Of a stretch of 21,717 nucleotides of DNA, positions 8,585 through 16,492 are shown one piece after another. Both the position numbers and the translations under genes were made by a program. The notes under the pieces were generated by a model. It was not told the origin of the DNA, did no database searches, and saw only the letters and a program-made list of their open reading frames with translations. This DNA comes from Candidatus Thorarchaeota archaeon (GTDB taxonomy: Archaea; Asgardarchaeota; Thorarchaeia; Thorarchaeales; Thorarchaeaceae). The stretch covers positions 4,068 to 25,784 of the forward strand of contig JBHLRS010000046.1 in assembly GCA_048882325.1 (NCBI GenBank), read 5' to 3'. Within the stretch, counting starts at the first letter, position 1. Each line of letters starts with the position of its first letter.

Positions 8585-9835
8585 TTAGACCGGGCCAGAA
8601 TTTTCGTAGTCAGAGCTAGTTGGAAGTCTAATAATGAATTGAGTTTCAGGTGTGTCGGAGAGCTCTATTGTGCCCCCATGCGATTCGATAATCACTTTTG
8701 AAAGATAGAGACCGATTCCTTTGTCTTGATGTTCAGAGTCTGGCGCCTTCTTGAATAGAGTCTCTCTCTTTTCAGGTGGGATTCCTGGACCATTATCTGT
8801 AATTACAATGTGATAATGATGGTCGTCAACAGAGATATTGACATGTACAACTGGATAATCCCCAGCATGTTGAGAGGCGTTTCGGAAGATATTCGTCCAT
8901 ACCAATGGTAAGAGTCTACTTGGTATGATTTTCTCTCTTTCAGCCTCATTTGACCAAGAAACCTCAATACTTAGATTGCCGTGAGCTCTCTCACTTTCAA
9001 AAGCGACCTTCTGGATGTTCTCTATCAGGTTTACACTTGGTTGTTCAATGGCAAGTTTGAAGACATGAAGCAGTTTCTGCATTCTTACCCCCATATTCAG
9101 AGATTGATCAAGGTTTTCATCTACTTTCTCGGTATTCACAGAGAGAAGCAATTTGGACAGCTCTACAGAATTAATTATGGCCTGAAGATCATTTGATAGA
9201 TCATGTCTAAGAAGTCTGGTATAAATCTCAAGTTCTCTCTTTTGAGTTTCCAGCTCAGCAGATTGGTTTTTTACCTCAATCACGTACGAGTCTATCATTC
9301 GTGTGGCAAAAATGACTAGTGCAGATAGAATTACAATGGAAAGCAGATGGCTATCATATTCACTGAAAGGGATACTCCGAATGAAACTAACAAAAAAGAT
9401 CATAATTGACGATATAATTGTGGTTTGAATCAAGATTACTCTTTCATCAGCAAATAATGCTCCAGCACCTAAAGCAACAATAATCCAAGGCATTAATCGC
9501 GAAATATCTTGGGGAGCCCAATCTGTCACAGAGAACCAAATTACGATTGGTAAGAATGTAATCAATGAGAGTGTAATTACTAAAGTGATCTTATAGTAAT
9601 GGGTTCTAGACATCAGATAGATTGAGAATATCAATAGATTAACGACGAGTATTAGTGGTTCTATATTACTCAATAAGTCACCAAAAAGAATCGTCAGAGT
9701 AGCAAATGGGCTCACTGCTAGAAGAAATGCTGAGAGTTGACTAGCTAATTGACGATTTCTGTTTCCTGTTATTCCCGGGTCAGGTTCAACTAGAATATTG
9801 TATATCCTTTGCAATGTAGAATAATGAGTTCTCAT
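8585..9835 (-). CDS. Membrane-bound sensor histidine kinase
   Basis: About 6 TM segments, a coiled coil, H-box LRHDLSNDL, N-box NIFRNASQHA, G1 DNGPGIP, G2 GIGLYLSK. Start is ATG 9835 or TTG 9865; TATA-like TTTTAAAA near 9880. Confidence 0.9.
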   Translation of the reverse strand: MRTHYSTLQRIYNILVEPDPGITGNRNRQLASQLSAFLLAVSPFATLTILFGDLLSNIEPLILVVNLLIFSIYLMSRTHYYKITLVITLSLITFLPIVIWFSVTDWAPQDISRLMPWIIVALGAGALFADERVILIQTTIISSIMIFFVSFIRSIPFSEYDSHLLSIVILSALVIFATRMIDSYVIEVKNQSAELETQKRELEIYTRLLRHDLSNDLQAIINSVELSKLLLSVNTEKVDENLDQSLNMGVRMQKLLHVFKLAIEQPSVNLIENIQKVAFESERAHGNLSIEVSWSNEAEREKIIPSRLLPLVWTNIFRNASQHAGDYPVVHVNISVDDHHYHIVITDNGPGIPPEKRETLFKKAPDSEHQDKGIGLYLSKVIIESHGGTIELSDTPETQFIIRLPTSSDYENSGPV

Positions 9836-9932
9836 ACGCAAGAGGTCCGTAATTTTAGAAGGCAAGAAAGACTGGCATTTTTAAAATAAATTGGTCCAAA
9901 TCAAATGCCATAGAATTCCAAGTTAAGAAGGT

Positions 9933-10231
9933 GGTCGATGCCTGTATCCCTTCACACTAACTCCCAGAATCATAGCATCAGATATTGCATCTGGCTCCAC
10001 TGAGTTGTCTCGTGTCAGGTAGAGTGACATCGACCGGCCCGCCAATGTACGAAACCGGGGTGACCCGCTTTTCATCTAAAGGACAAACATCCCCATCAAG
10101 CGAGTCCGTTAGGGCTCGTCCTATTGGTGTTTGGCAGGCATTTGTTCAGGATGTGACCCGTCCTATGCGCAACACCTCATTGGCAAAGCCTCAGCGCGCC
10201 CTCGTGAACGGGACTTGATACTCCTGAACAA
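9933..10231 (-). ncRNA. Candidate multi-hairpin K-turn RNA (H/ACA-like)
   Basis: Four stem-loops whose G-U wobbles mostly require the minus strand. Three carry tandem GA/AG K-turn or K-loop motifs and are followed by ACA, AGA and ACA. No credible ORF here. Folded by eye. Confidence 0.6.
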
Positions 10232-10409
10232 GAGCGTCTTGATTTCTTATGTTATTAGGATTTTCACATGGCGCGATTCATGTCAGTTGGTCTGAGAGAG
10301 AGAAGCATCCAGACACAGACTATTTGGTGGTAGCGACATCTTCAAATACGCTGGGGAAACAGCCCCCATGTACAGCACAGGAGACCTAGAGTCATTCCGT
10401 GCTTTGCAA

Positions 10410-10535
10410 ATCATCATATCATCATATCACAGCGCCACGCGACCCCGGCTCTAGACCAATAACACGAGTCGGTGAGAGCACTGCGCAAAGTCTTAGGACG
10501 ATTATCATTCACAGGATTATCATCACGATTATCAT
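10410..10535 (+). repeat. Short repeats upstream of dnaG: ATCATCAT x2 + ATCAC (10410-10430) and GATTATCAT x3 (10500, 10515, 10527)
   Basis: Read directly from the sequence. Confidence 0.85.
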
Positions 10536-10686
10536 AGCATATGTTCGGGCACCGGTTAGAGTAGAATCTCACAGGTTTGATTCCGATCACAGTCTAGATG
10601 CATAGGCAGGTCCGCGACACAACGCAGGCAGAAACACCTCGGTTTAGAGGGCGAGGGTACGTGGTAGCATACCATAGGAGACGTGT

Positions 10687-11979
10687 ATAGAAATAGGAAC
10701 AGACTTCGACCAGAGTGCAGCCAAGTATGTCATCCGCGCACGAATTGAGATTGACGGCGTGGTTGATAAGCCGGATGTCGTTGGAGCGATATTTGGTCAG
10801 ACAGAGGGGCTGTTAGGAGAAGATCTCGATCTTAGAGAGCTTCAGCGTACTGGTCGTATAGGTAGAATTCAGATTGTGATAAGGTCAGAGGGCGGAAACA
10901 GTACTGGAGAGGTTGTAATTCCAGTTTCACTGAATAAAACTGCAACAGCTATTCTTGCAGCATCATTAGAAACAGTTGACCGTGTTGGTCCATGCACCGC
11001 TAAGGTGACCCTCGAAAAACTTGAGGACATTAGGGGTGCGAAAAGACGAAAAGTGGTCAGTAGAGCAATCAGCATCCTGAAAGGGTGGGAAGAGGACATC
11101 TCACCTGGCACAGATGAGATCAAGACTGCGGTCACCAAGGGAAGTAAGGTCTCTGTTTCAAAATATGGTCCTGATGGACTACCAGCAGGTCCAGGACTCA
11201 ATGGCAGTTCTGAGATTATAATCGTAGAAGGAAGAGCTGACGTAATCAACCTCATAAAATGTGGAATAACAAACACAGTTGCAGTTGAGGGAACTCACGT
11301 TCCCAAGAGCATTGTGGACCTCACAAAAAAGAGAGGCAAGAAAATAATTGCCTTTCTTGATGGAGACCGTGGCGGGGACCTCATCCTTAGGGAGCTGATG
11401 CAGGTGGCAAAAGTCCACTATATAGCACGGGCACCAGAAGGAAAAGAAGTGGAGGATCTCACACGAAGAGAAGTCACAAAAGCTCTCCAGACACAAATTC
11501 CAGCTGATCAAGCACTCGCTCTAGTGAAGGATAGGAAAGCAACTCCAAGCAAGAAGAAACGATCCACAAAGAAAACCACACGCACACGAAGGGGAGCCCA
11601 GCCAACGGATGATTTTGGCGAAGCCAAACCAATCGAGGACCGTCGAACCGCCAGACGAAGACCTGCAACAAGAAGGATACCTGTGACAGTGGATGAAGCC
11701 TATGTGGCAAAGATAGGAGACATCAAGGAGTCCTTCAAGGCACTCTTGTTTGGTAAGGACAAGAAAGTCATTGTAGAATGTGGGGTGGCTGAACTGGCGA
11801 AGACGCTCGAAAACCAAGAAGTGGTACCAACCATAGTTTTTGATGGTGTCATCACCCAAAGGCTTGTGGACATCGCCAGCAAAAAGAACACTCAGTTAAT
11901 GATTGGAGCTGCTGTTGCAGATATTGAGAACAAGCCAAGTAGCCTGAAGCTTGTGACCTTTGACGACCTTGGTCATTAG
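10687..11979 (+). CDS. dnaG: Archaeal DnaG (TOPRIM, exosome-associated); probable ATA start at 10687 or 10693
   Basis: AKYVIRARIEIDGVVDKPDVVGAIFGQTEGLLG, IIVEGRADV, AFLDGDRGG, FDGVITQRL. The conserved N-terminus extends upstream of GTG 10759; in-frame TAG at 10675; AGGAG at 10676-10680. Confidence 0.93.
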   Translation: MEIGTDFDQSAAKYVIRARIEIDGVVDKPDVVGAIFGQTEGLLGEDLDLRELQRTGRIGRIQIVIRSEGGNSTGEVVIPVSLNKTATAILAASLETVDRVGPCTAKVTLEKLEDIRGAKRRKVVSRAISILKGWEEDISPGTDEIKTAVTKGSKVSVSKYGPDGLPAGPGLNGSSEIIIVEGRADVINLIKCGITNTVAVEGTHVPKSIVDLTKKRGKKIIAFLDGDRGGDLILRELMQVAKVHYIARAPEGKEVEDLTRREVTKALQTQIPADQALALVKDRKATPSKKKRSTKKTTRTRRGAQPTDDFGEAKPIEDRRTARRRPATRRIPVTVDEAYVAKIGDIKESFKALLFGKDKKVIVECGVAELAKTLENQEVVPTIVFDGVITQRLVDIASKKNTQLMIGAAVADIENKPSSLKLVTFDDLGH

Positions 11980-11993
11980 AATAGAAAACTAAA

Positions 11994-12028
11994 GGCCTTG
12001 GGATATCCCAAGGCCAATTCTCTTTTTT
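11994..12028 (+). terminator. Perfect 22-bp palindrome plus T-tract after dnaG
   Basis: GGCCTTGGGATATCCCAAGGCC (11994-12015) followed by TCTCTTTTTT. Confidence 0.7.
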
Positions 12029-12097
12029 CTGGATTGATGAGTCAAGTAATACTCACAATTATCTCACTGCACCCATGATTCATCATACCCAGTAGAC

Positions 12098-13549
12098 ATG
12101 AGGTTCTTGAACGTGACATCAATCTTGGATGGGTTGCAAACAACGGAACAGGTAGAAATTTCCAAAGATCCATTCCAGAGGATTGTTGGACAGGACCATG
12201 CTGTATCCCTAGTCAAATCTGCGGTGAAACAGCGAAGACATGTTCTTCTCTGTGGTGTACCCGGAATAGGCAAATCAATGCTAGCAAAAGCCGCTTACAC
12301 ACTACTAGAACCGCCAAAGGAAGAGATTCGTCTCAGATACAACCGATCTGACCCTGACCGACCTGAAGTAATTGTCACCCGCCCACAGTATCCAATACAA
12401 GGGAATGAACCAGAGAACAAGATCCTGAATGAGCTCTATGTAACACCTGACAGACTCCCACTTGATGTATCCATCAAAATGGGATTCCGGTGTCCCTCTT
12501 GTGGTCATATATCTACACCTGAAGCGAGTGTGTGTGTCAATTGTGAGTCCGAGAAACGTTTTGATTGGGCCCAGGGTGAATCGTATCATGGACTATTCAG
12601 GATGCTTGATGTTGTCAGAGAACCGGCTCTAGCAACTCTGACTACTCTTGAGGAGATAAATAATGAAACATTTCATGTCATGTATGAACGGGTCGAGTCT
12701 GGCGAAATTAGGGTGACACAGCGTAGAATATCATCTGACGAAGAAAGCCGTATGGAGGATCAGAATCATCAGGAACGAGTTCTAATTCCCCTGAAAGCAA
12801 GTCGCTTCATCAGAGTGAGTGGTGCAAGTCCGGTAGAACTCCTTGGGGATGTCAAGCACGATCCTTATGGTAGCGCAGAATCGCTTGGGCTTGCGGCGCA
12901 TCAAAGAGTGGTCCCAGGTGCGATGCATGAGGCACATGAGGGAATTCTGTACATAGATGAGATTGCGGCACTCGGAAACTATCAGGGCCATTTACTAACT
13001 GCAATGCAGGATAAGGTGTACTCAATTTCAGGTCATAATCCCCTGAGCTCAGGTGCAGCTGTCCGTGTCAATGATGTTCCTTGTGATTTCGTGCTATTTG
13101 CTTCATGCAACATTGAGAATCTAAAGAACATCCTACCACCTCTTAGGTCAAGGATACGTGGGTATGGGTACGAGATCATGCTTGATTCGTGGATCCTTAA
13201 GAGTCAGGATATCGCGAATGACCTTGTACGGTTCATCTCCCAGACTGTAGAGGAGGACGGGAAGATACCTCATCTCACAGTGAAGGCCGTTGAACGTGTT
13301 CTTGAGGTTTCTGAAGAGTTGGCTCTTCGGTTGGATGGTCGGAAAGACGCCTATACACTCCGTCTACGTGAGCTTGGTGGATTGATTAGAATCGCTGGTG
13401 ACCTGGCCGTGAGAGATGCAAGCGACCTCGTTCTGCAGGGTCATGTGCAACAAGCGGAAGTATTGAGTAGAGGTATCGATGAAAGTAATCCTCAGTTCAT
13501 GGAGCACAGGACTCCAGAATCCTCGATTAGCAGAGACTATTTCTTCTGA
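12098..13549 (+). CDS. LonB-related AAA+ ATPase lacking the protease domain, with a zinc-ribbon insert
   Basis: IVGQDHAV, Walker A GVPGIGKS, LLGDVKHDPY, RVVPGAMHEAHEG, Walker B ILYIDE, VPCDF, PLRSRIRGYGYE, LRLRELGGLIR. The protein ends soon after the AAA lid. Exact start uncertain. Confidence 0.85.
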   Translation: MRFLNVTSILDGLQTTEQVEISKDPFQRIVGQDHAVSLVKSAVKQRRHVLLCGVPGIGKSMLAKAAYTLLEPPKEEIRLRYNRSDPDRPEVIVTRPQYPIQGNEPENKILNELYVTPDRLPLDVSIKMGFRCPSCGHISTPEASVCVNCESEKRFDWAQGESYHGLFRMLDVVREPALATLTTLEEINNETFHVMYERVESGEIRVTQRRISSDEESRMEDQNHQERVLIPLKASRFIRVSGASPVELLGDVKHDPYGSAESLGLAAHQRVVPGAMHEAHEGILYIDEIAALGNYQGHLLTAMQDKVYSISGHNPLSSGAAVRVNDVPCDFVLFASCNIENLKNILPPLRSRIRGYGYEIMLDSWILKSQDIANDLVRFISQTVEEDGKIPHLTVKAVERVLEVSEELALRLDGRKDAYTLRLRELGGLIRIAGDLAVRDASDLVLQGHVQQAEVLSRGIDESNPQFMEHRTPESSISRDYFF

Positions 13550-13575
13550 TGAGGAGAGCTACCGGAGGTGACTAC

Positions 13576-14664
13576 GTGAAGATTGTAAAGCGGGTCCTCA
13601 AGGAAGGTAAGATTGTTCTGAAAATCGAAACATTAGACGATCTCTGGCACCTCTACAATACAGTAGGACCCAGTGACGTCATCATTTCCAAAACATCTCG
13701 ACGTGTCAGAGTTGGAGATGAGGAAAGTCGAAAATCTGAGAGCGTCAGGAAGACTATGGTTTTACAGCTAAAGGTGGAGGATGTATCATTTCATAACTTC
13801 TCGAATAGAGTTCGGATAAAGGGAGTGATTATGGAGGGACCTAGAGACCTTGTCAACATTGGGTCATATCATACTATCAATGTAGAAACAGGAGACACTG
13901 TGACCATTATCAAAGAACACTGGCCAAAATTCGTACTTGACAGGCTCAAGGAAGCGGAGAAAGCGCAGCTCCGACCTAGATGTCTTATTGTCACAATTGA
14001 GGATGGTACTGCAGAACTGTTCTTGGCTGCAGATTCGGGAATACAGGAAGCTGTTCGGGTTCGGATGAGCATCTCGAGAAAGAGAGGCGACCAGAAGTCA
14101 TATGATGCGACAATGAAGGATTTCTTTGCAGACACGCTTCTCGCAATACGGTCTCAGCTTGAACAGCATGAGTTTGGACTGATAGTTATAGCGGGCCCTG
14201 GGTTTGTAAAGGACCACTTCAGAGATCATCTGATGGCAGCAAAGATTAAGGATTTACCACCAGTGGTGGTTGAGAGCACTAACTCCATTGGGATTCCTGG
14301 TGCGAAAGAGATACTCTTTCGAGGAGTCATCTCTACGGCAGTGACTGAGCTGAAGGTTGAAACTGAAACAAGACTTGTTGAGTCACTCATTGAGCATATT
14401 TCCAAGGATGACGGTCTCGGAGCATATGGGAATGATGAAGTTTCCAATGCGGTGCAATACGGAGCAGTAGAAGACCTTCTCATCACAGATAAGAAACTCA
14501 GAGAGGGGGCAGATGAGGAGCGGCGTTGGATGGACTCTCTGATTAGAAACACTGAGAAGACGAGGGGAGCATTCCATATTGTTTCAACAGACCACCCAGC
14601 AGGGGATCAGCTCCAACGTCTGGGAGGTATTGGAGCCATTCTACGCTTCAAAATCGCGCATTAA
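13576..14664 (+). CDS. pelA: mRNA surveillance / ribosome rescue protein Pelota
   Basis: ETLDDLWHLY, RVRIKG, GSYHT, AGPGFVK, AYG...YGAVEDLL, QLQRLGGIGAILRF. GGAGGTGA SD at 13564-13571 gives a GTG start at 13576. Confidence 0.95.
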   Translation: MKIVKRVLKEGKIVLKIETLDDLWHLYNTVGPSDVIISKTSRRVRVGDEESRKSESVRKTMVLQLKVEDVSFHNFSNRVRIKGVIMEGPRDLVNIGSYHTINVETGDTVTIIKEHWPKFVLDRLKEAEKAQLRPRCLIVTIEDGTAELFLAADSGIQEAVRVRMSISRKRGDQKSYDATMKDFFADTLLAIRSQLEQHEFGLIVIAGPGFVKDHFRDHLMAAKIKDLPPVVVESTNSIGIPGAKEILFRGVISTAVTELKVETETRLVESLIEHISKDDGLGAYGNDEVSNAVQYGAVEDLLITDKKLREGADEERRWMDSLIRNTEKTRGAFHIVSTDHPAGDQLQRLGGIGAILRFKIAH

Positions 14665-15780
14665 TCAGAATGGATCAAACATTGTCTGAAGCCTGTCCCA
14701 TGTAGGATATTCATACGCGATGCCAACCTCTAAGTTCTTGATATCGGCCAGCTTGTCTTTGAGCTGGTCTGAGATCTCTTCGATGACCCAGGGGGCAACC
14801 TCCACTCTCCACCTTGTTTCATCAATGTTCATGAGATCGTCTGGCACATCAAAATGGTTCTGTAGAACAGTGTGTATCGTCGCGAGTTGTTCATTGTCGA
14901 GATTCGCACCATGAACAGCCCTAATCACGCCGAGTATCAGGAGAGGGTCTTGGTCATCCCGTTCCTCGAAACTCCTAATCGTCTGCTCAAGCCTACGCTC
15001 AAGCCTTCGCCTCATCTGGACAGCATCCTTGAACCGCGCTGAGCAAAAGTGAACCGAGAGGGTTTGAAGCCCATCTTTGGCCCACACTAGGACATCCTTT
15101 GCAGTGGATGCACTACCCTCGATGCTGGCGCTCTCTAGACTTGTGAGTCGCATACCCATTGACACCAGCTTGTCAAAGTTTGTTTCGCTGGCTTCTAGCT
15201 CATTGATATTGAGAAAAGAAACCCCTATCTCCTCCGCCCTCTTTGCGAGCTCCTTTAGGTCGTCCTGCTTTCCTGGGATTGTAGGCACCTCGATACCGAC
15301 ATTCAAACCGCTTGCCACTGCTCGTTCAATTCCAGACCAATCAGCAGTCTGAGGATGAAATCGAATCTCATCAAGTCCTGCCTCTCTCAGACTAGTCAGC
15401 ACCTCCTGACTGACATCTGTTTGGCTTGTATAGAGATGCAGGTGAAAACTTGGTCCATACTCTTCCTTTAGAAGACGGATGTATTTCAGAGTGCGGTCCA
15501 AGTCACAGAGGGGATCTCCACCACTGATTCCAGCACCTTCTCCCTGAATTGCTCGAGCCTCAAACAGAATATCGGAGTTATCAGTCACAGGCATCTCATC
15601 AGCGAATACGACATCTTTGCCAGACTTATCCTGCGACAGTGGACAGTAGTAGCAAGCACTATCACAAAGACCTGTCACAAATAGTACCATCTTGGATCCT
15701 TTAGTACAGTAATTACAACCAAGCGGTAGATTTCCGACGAGGAGTGATTCACCTTCCAACTCTCTGATCTCTCTTTTCAT
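14665..15780 (-). CDS. Uncharacterised radical SAM protein (COG2108-like)
   Basis: GCNYCTKGSKMVLFVTGLCDSACYYCPLS (CxxxCxxC), GISGGDP, HLHLYT, GLDEIRFH, NINELE, C-terminal EYPTWD. Confidence 0.85.
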   Translation of the reverse strand: MKREIRELEGESLLVGNLPLGCNYCTKGSKMVLFVTGLCDSACYYCPLSQDKSGKDVVFADEMPVTDNSDILFEARAIQGEGAGISGGDPLCDLDRTLKYIRLLKEEYGPSFHLHLYTSQTDVSQEVLTSLREAGLDEIRFHPQTADWSGIERAVASGLNVGIEVPTIPGKQDDLKELAKRAEEIGVSFLNINELEASETNFDKLVSMGMRLTSLESASIEGSASTAKDVLVWAKDGLQTLSVHFCSARFKDAVQMRRRLERRLEQTIRSFEERDDQDPLLILGVIRAVHGANLDNEQLATIHTVLQNHFDVPDDLMNIDETRWRVEVAPWVIEEISDQLKDKLADIKNLEVGIAYEYPTWDRLQTMFDPF

Positions 15781-15783
15781 TTC

Positions 15784-16485
15784 TCATCCACCTCTTCGCT
15801 TTATTGTTCTACGTAGTGCAGGGTCACTGTCTTTGAGGTCTTTGGCAACGGCCTCAAAGCTCTCGTCAGCATTCAGTGTTCTGGTCAGATAGACTCCAGT
15901 CCTTCCAACACTGTCGCGTCTTGTCAGAACCCTGACTCGTTCCTCTGCGATGCCAATGCTCACATCTAGTCTCTTTGCAACTTCCTGTTCATGACCTATC
16001 GCACCCTGTTCAATATGACCGGTCATGGTTGGTTCAATGAAAACCAGACGCTTGTCTACACCGGGTACTCTCGTGTTGTCCTTCAGACCAAATGCATCAA
16101 TTAGACCACCCCATCGATAGAACTCTTCCTCTCTTGGCCTGAGTTTGAACATTGGAAAAGTCACGACAACGTCGTCGGGTAGGTAAATGTGCCCCTTGAG
16201 GACCATAGAAGGTGTAGCTTGGACAAGCTCCCTCTTGAGGGGAGTTCCCAATGCAAGCTCAATTCGATAGCTGGACACTGGACGTAAAACGATGATGTCG
16301 ATGTCCGAGGATTTTGATATGTCACCACGTGCAACTGAGCCATAGACAAATGGCTTGAGTCCAATTGCTTCAAGTTCGTGAATTGTTTCAGTTGCAATGT
16401 TTCTGAGTGTTTCCAGATGGTCCCAGTGTTCCTGCTCATAAATGACCTCCTGTGGCTCATGCATGACTTCGGGCTTTTTTGCCAC
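15784..16485 (-). CDS. Predicted pol-beta-family nucleotidyltransferase (COG2413-like)
   Basis: YGSVARGD...SDIDI, LVQATP, RVPGVDKRL, ERVRVLTRRDSVGRTG. Confidence 0.85.
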   Translation of the reverse strand: MAKKPEVMHEPQEVIYEQEHWDHLETLRNIATETIHELEAIGLKPFVYGSVARGDISKSSDIDIIVLRPVSSYRIELALGTPLKRELVQATPSMVLKGHIYLPDDVVVTFPMFKLRPREEEFYRWGGLIDAFGLKDNTRVPGVDKRLVFIEPTMTGHIEQGAIGHEQEVAKRLDVSIGIAEERVRVLTRRDSVGRTGVYLTRTLNADESFEAVAKDLKDSDPALRRTIKRRGG

Positions 16486-16492
16486 TCACGAG

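Noticed and set aside
10103-10118. Plus-strand hairpin GAGUCC-GUUA-GGGCUC arguing for plus-strand transcription
   Set aside because: A single short stem, outweighed by several longer stems and the K-turn motifs that only form on the minus strand. Kept as a caveat.
9985-10218. 77-aa plus-strand ORF
   Set aside because: No SD or recognisable motif, and it lies antisense to the structured RNA candidate.
10399-10605. 68-aa ORF with an Ile-rich stretch
   Set aside because: The Ile run is a by-product of exact GATTATCAT repeats with no synonymous variation; the start context is weak.
9900-10680. RNase P RNA, SRP RNA or tRNA in the long intergenic region
   Set aside because: I could not find the GAGGAANNUCC P4 motif, the SRP helix 8 motif or a T-loop cloverleaf on either strand. 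A highly divergent form cannot be excluded without a covariance-model search.
11994-12015. 22-bp palindrome as a mobile-element end
   Set aside because: Single copy, no transposase or target duplication; its position after a stop and before a T-tract fits a terminator.
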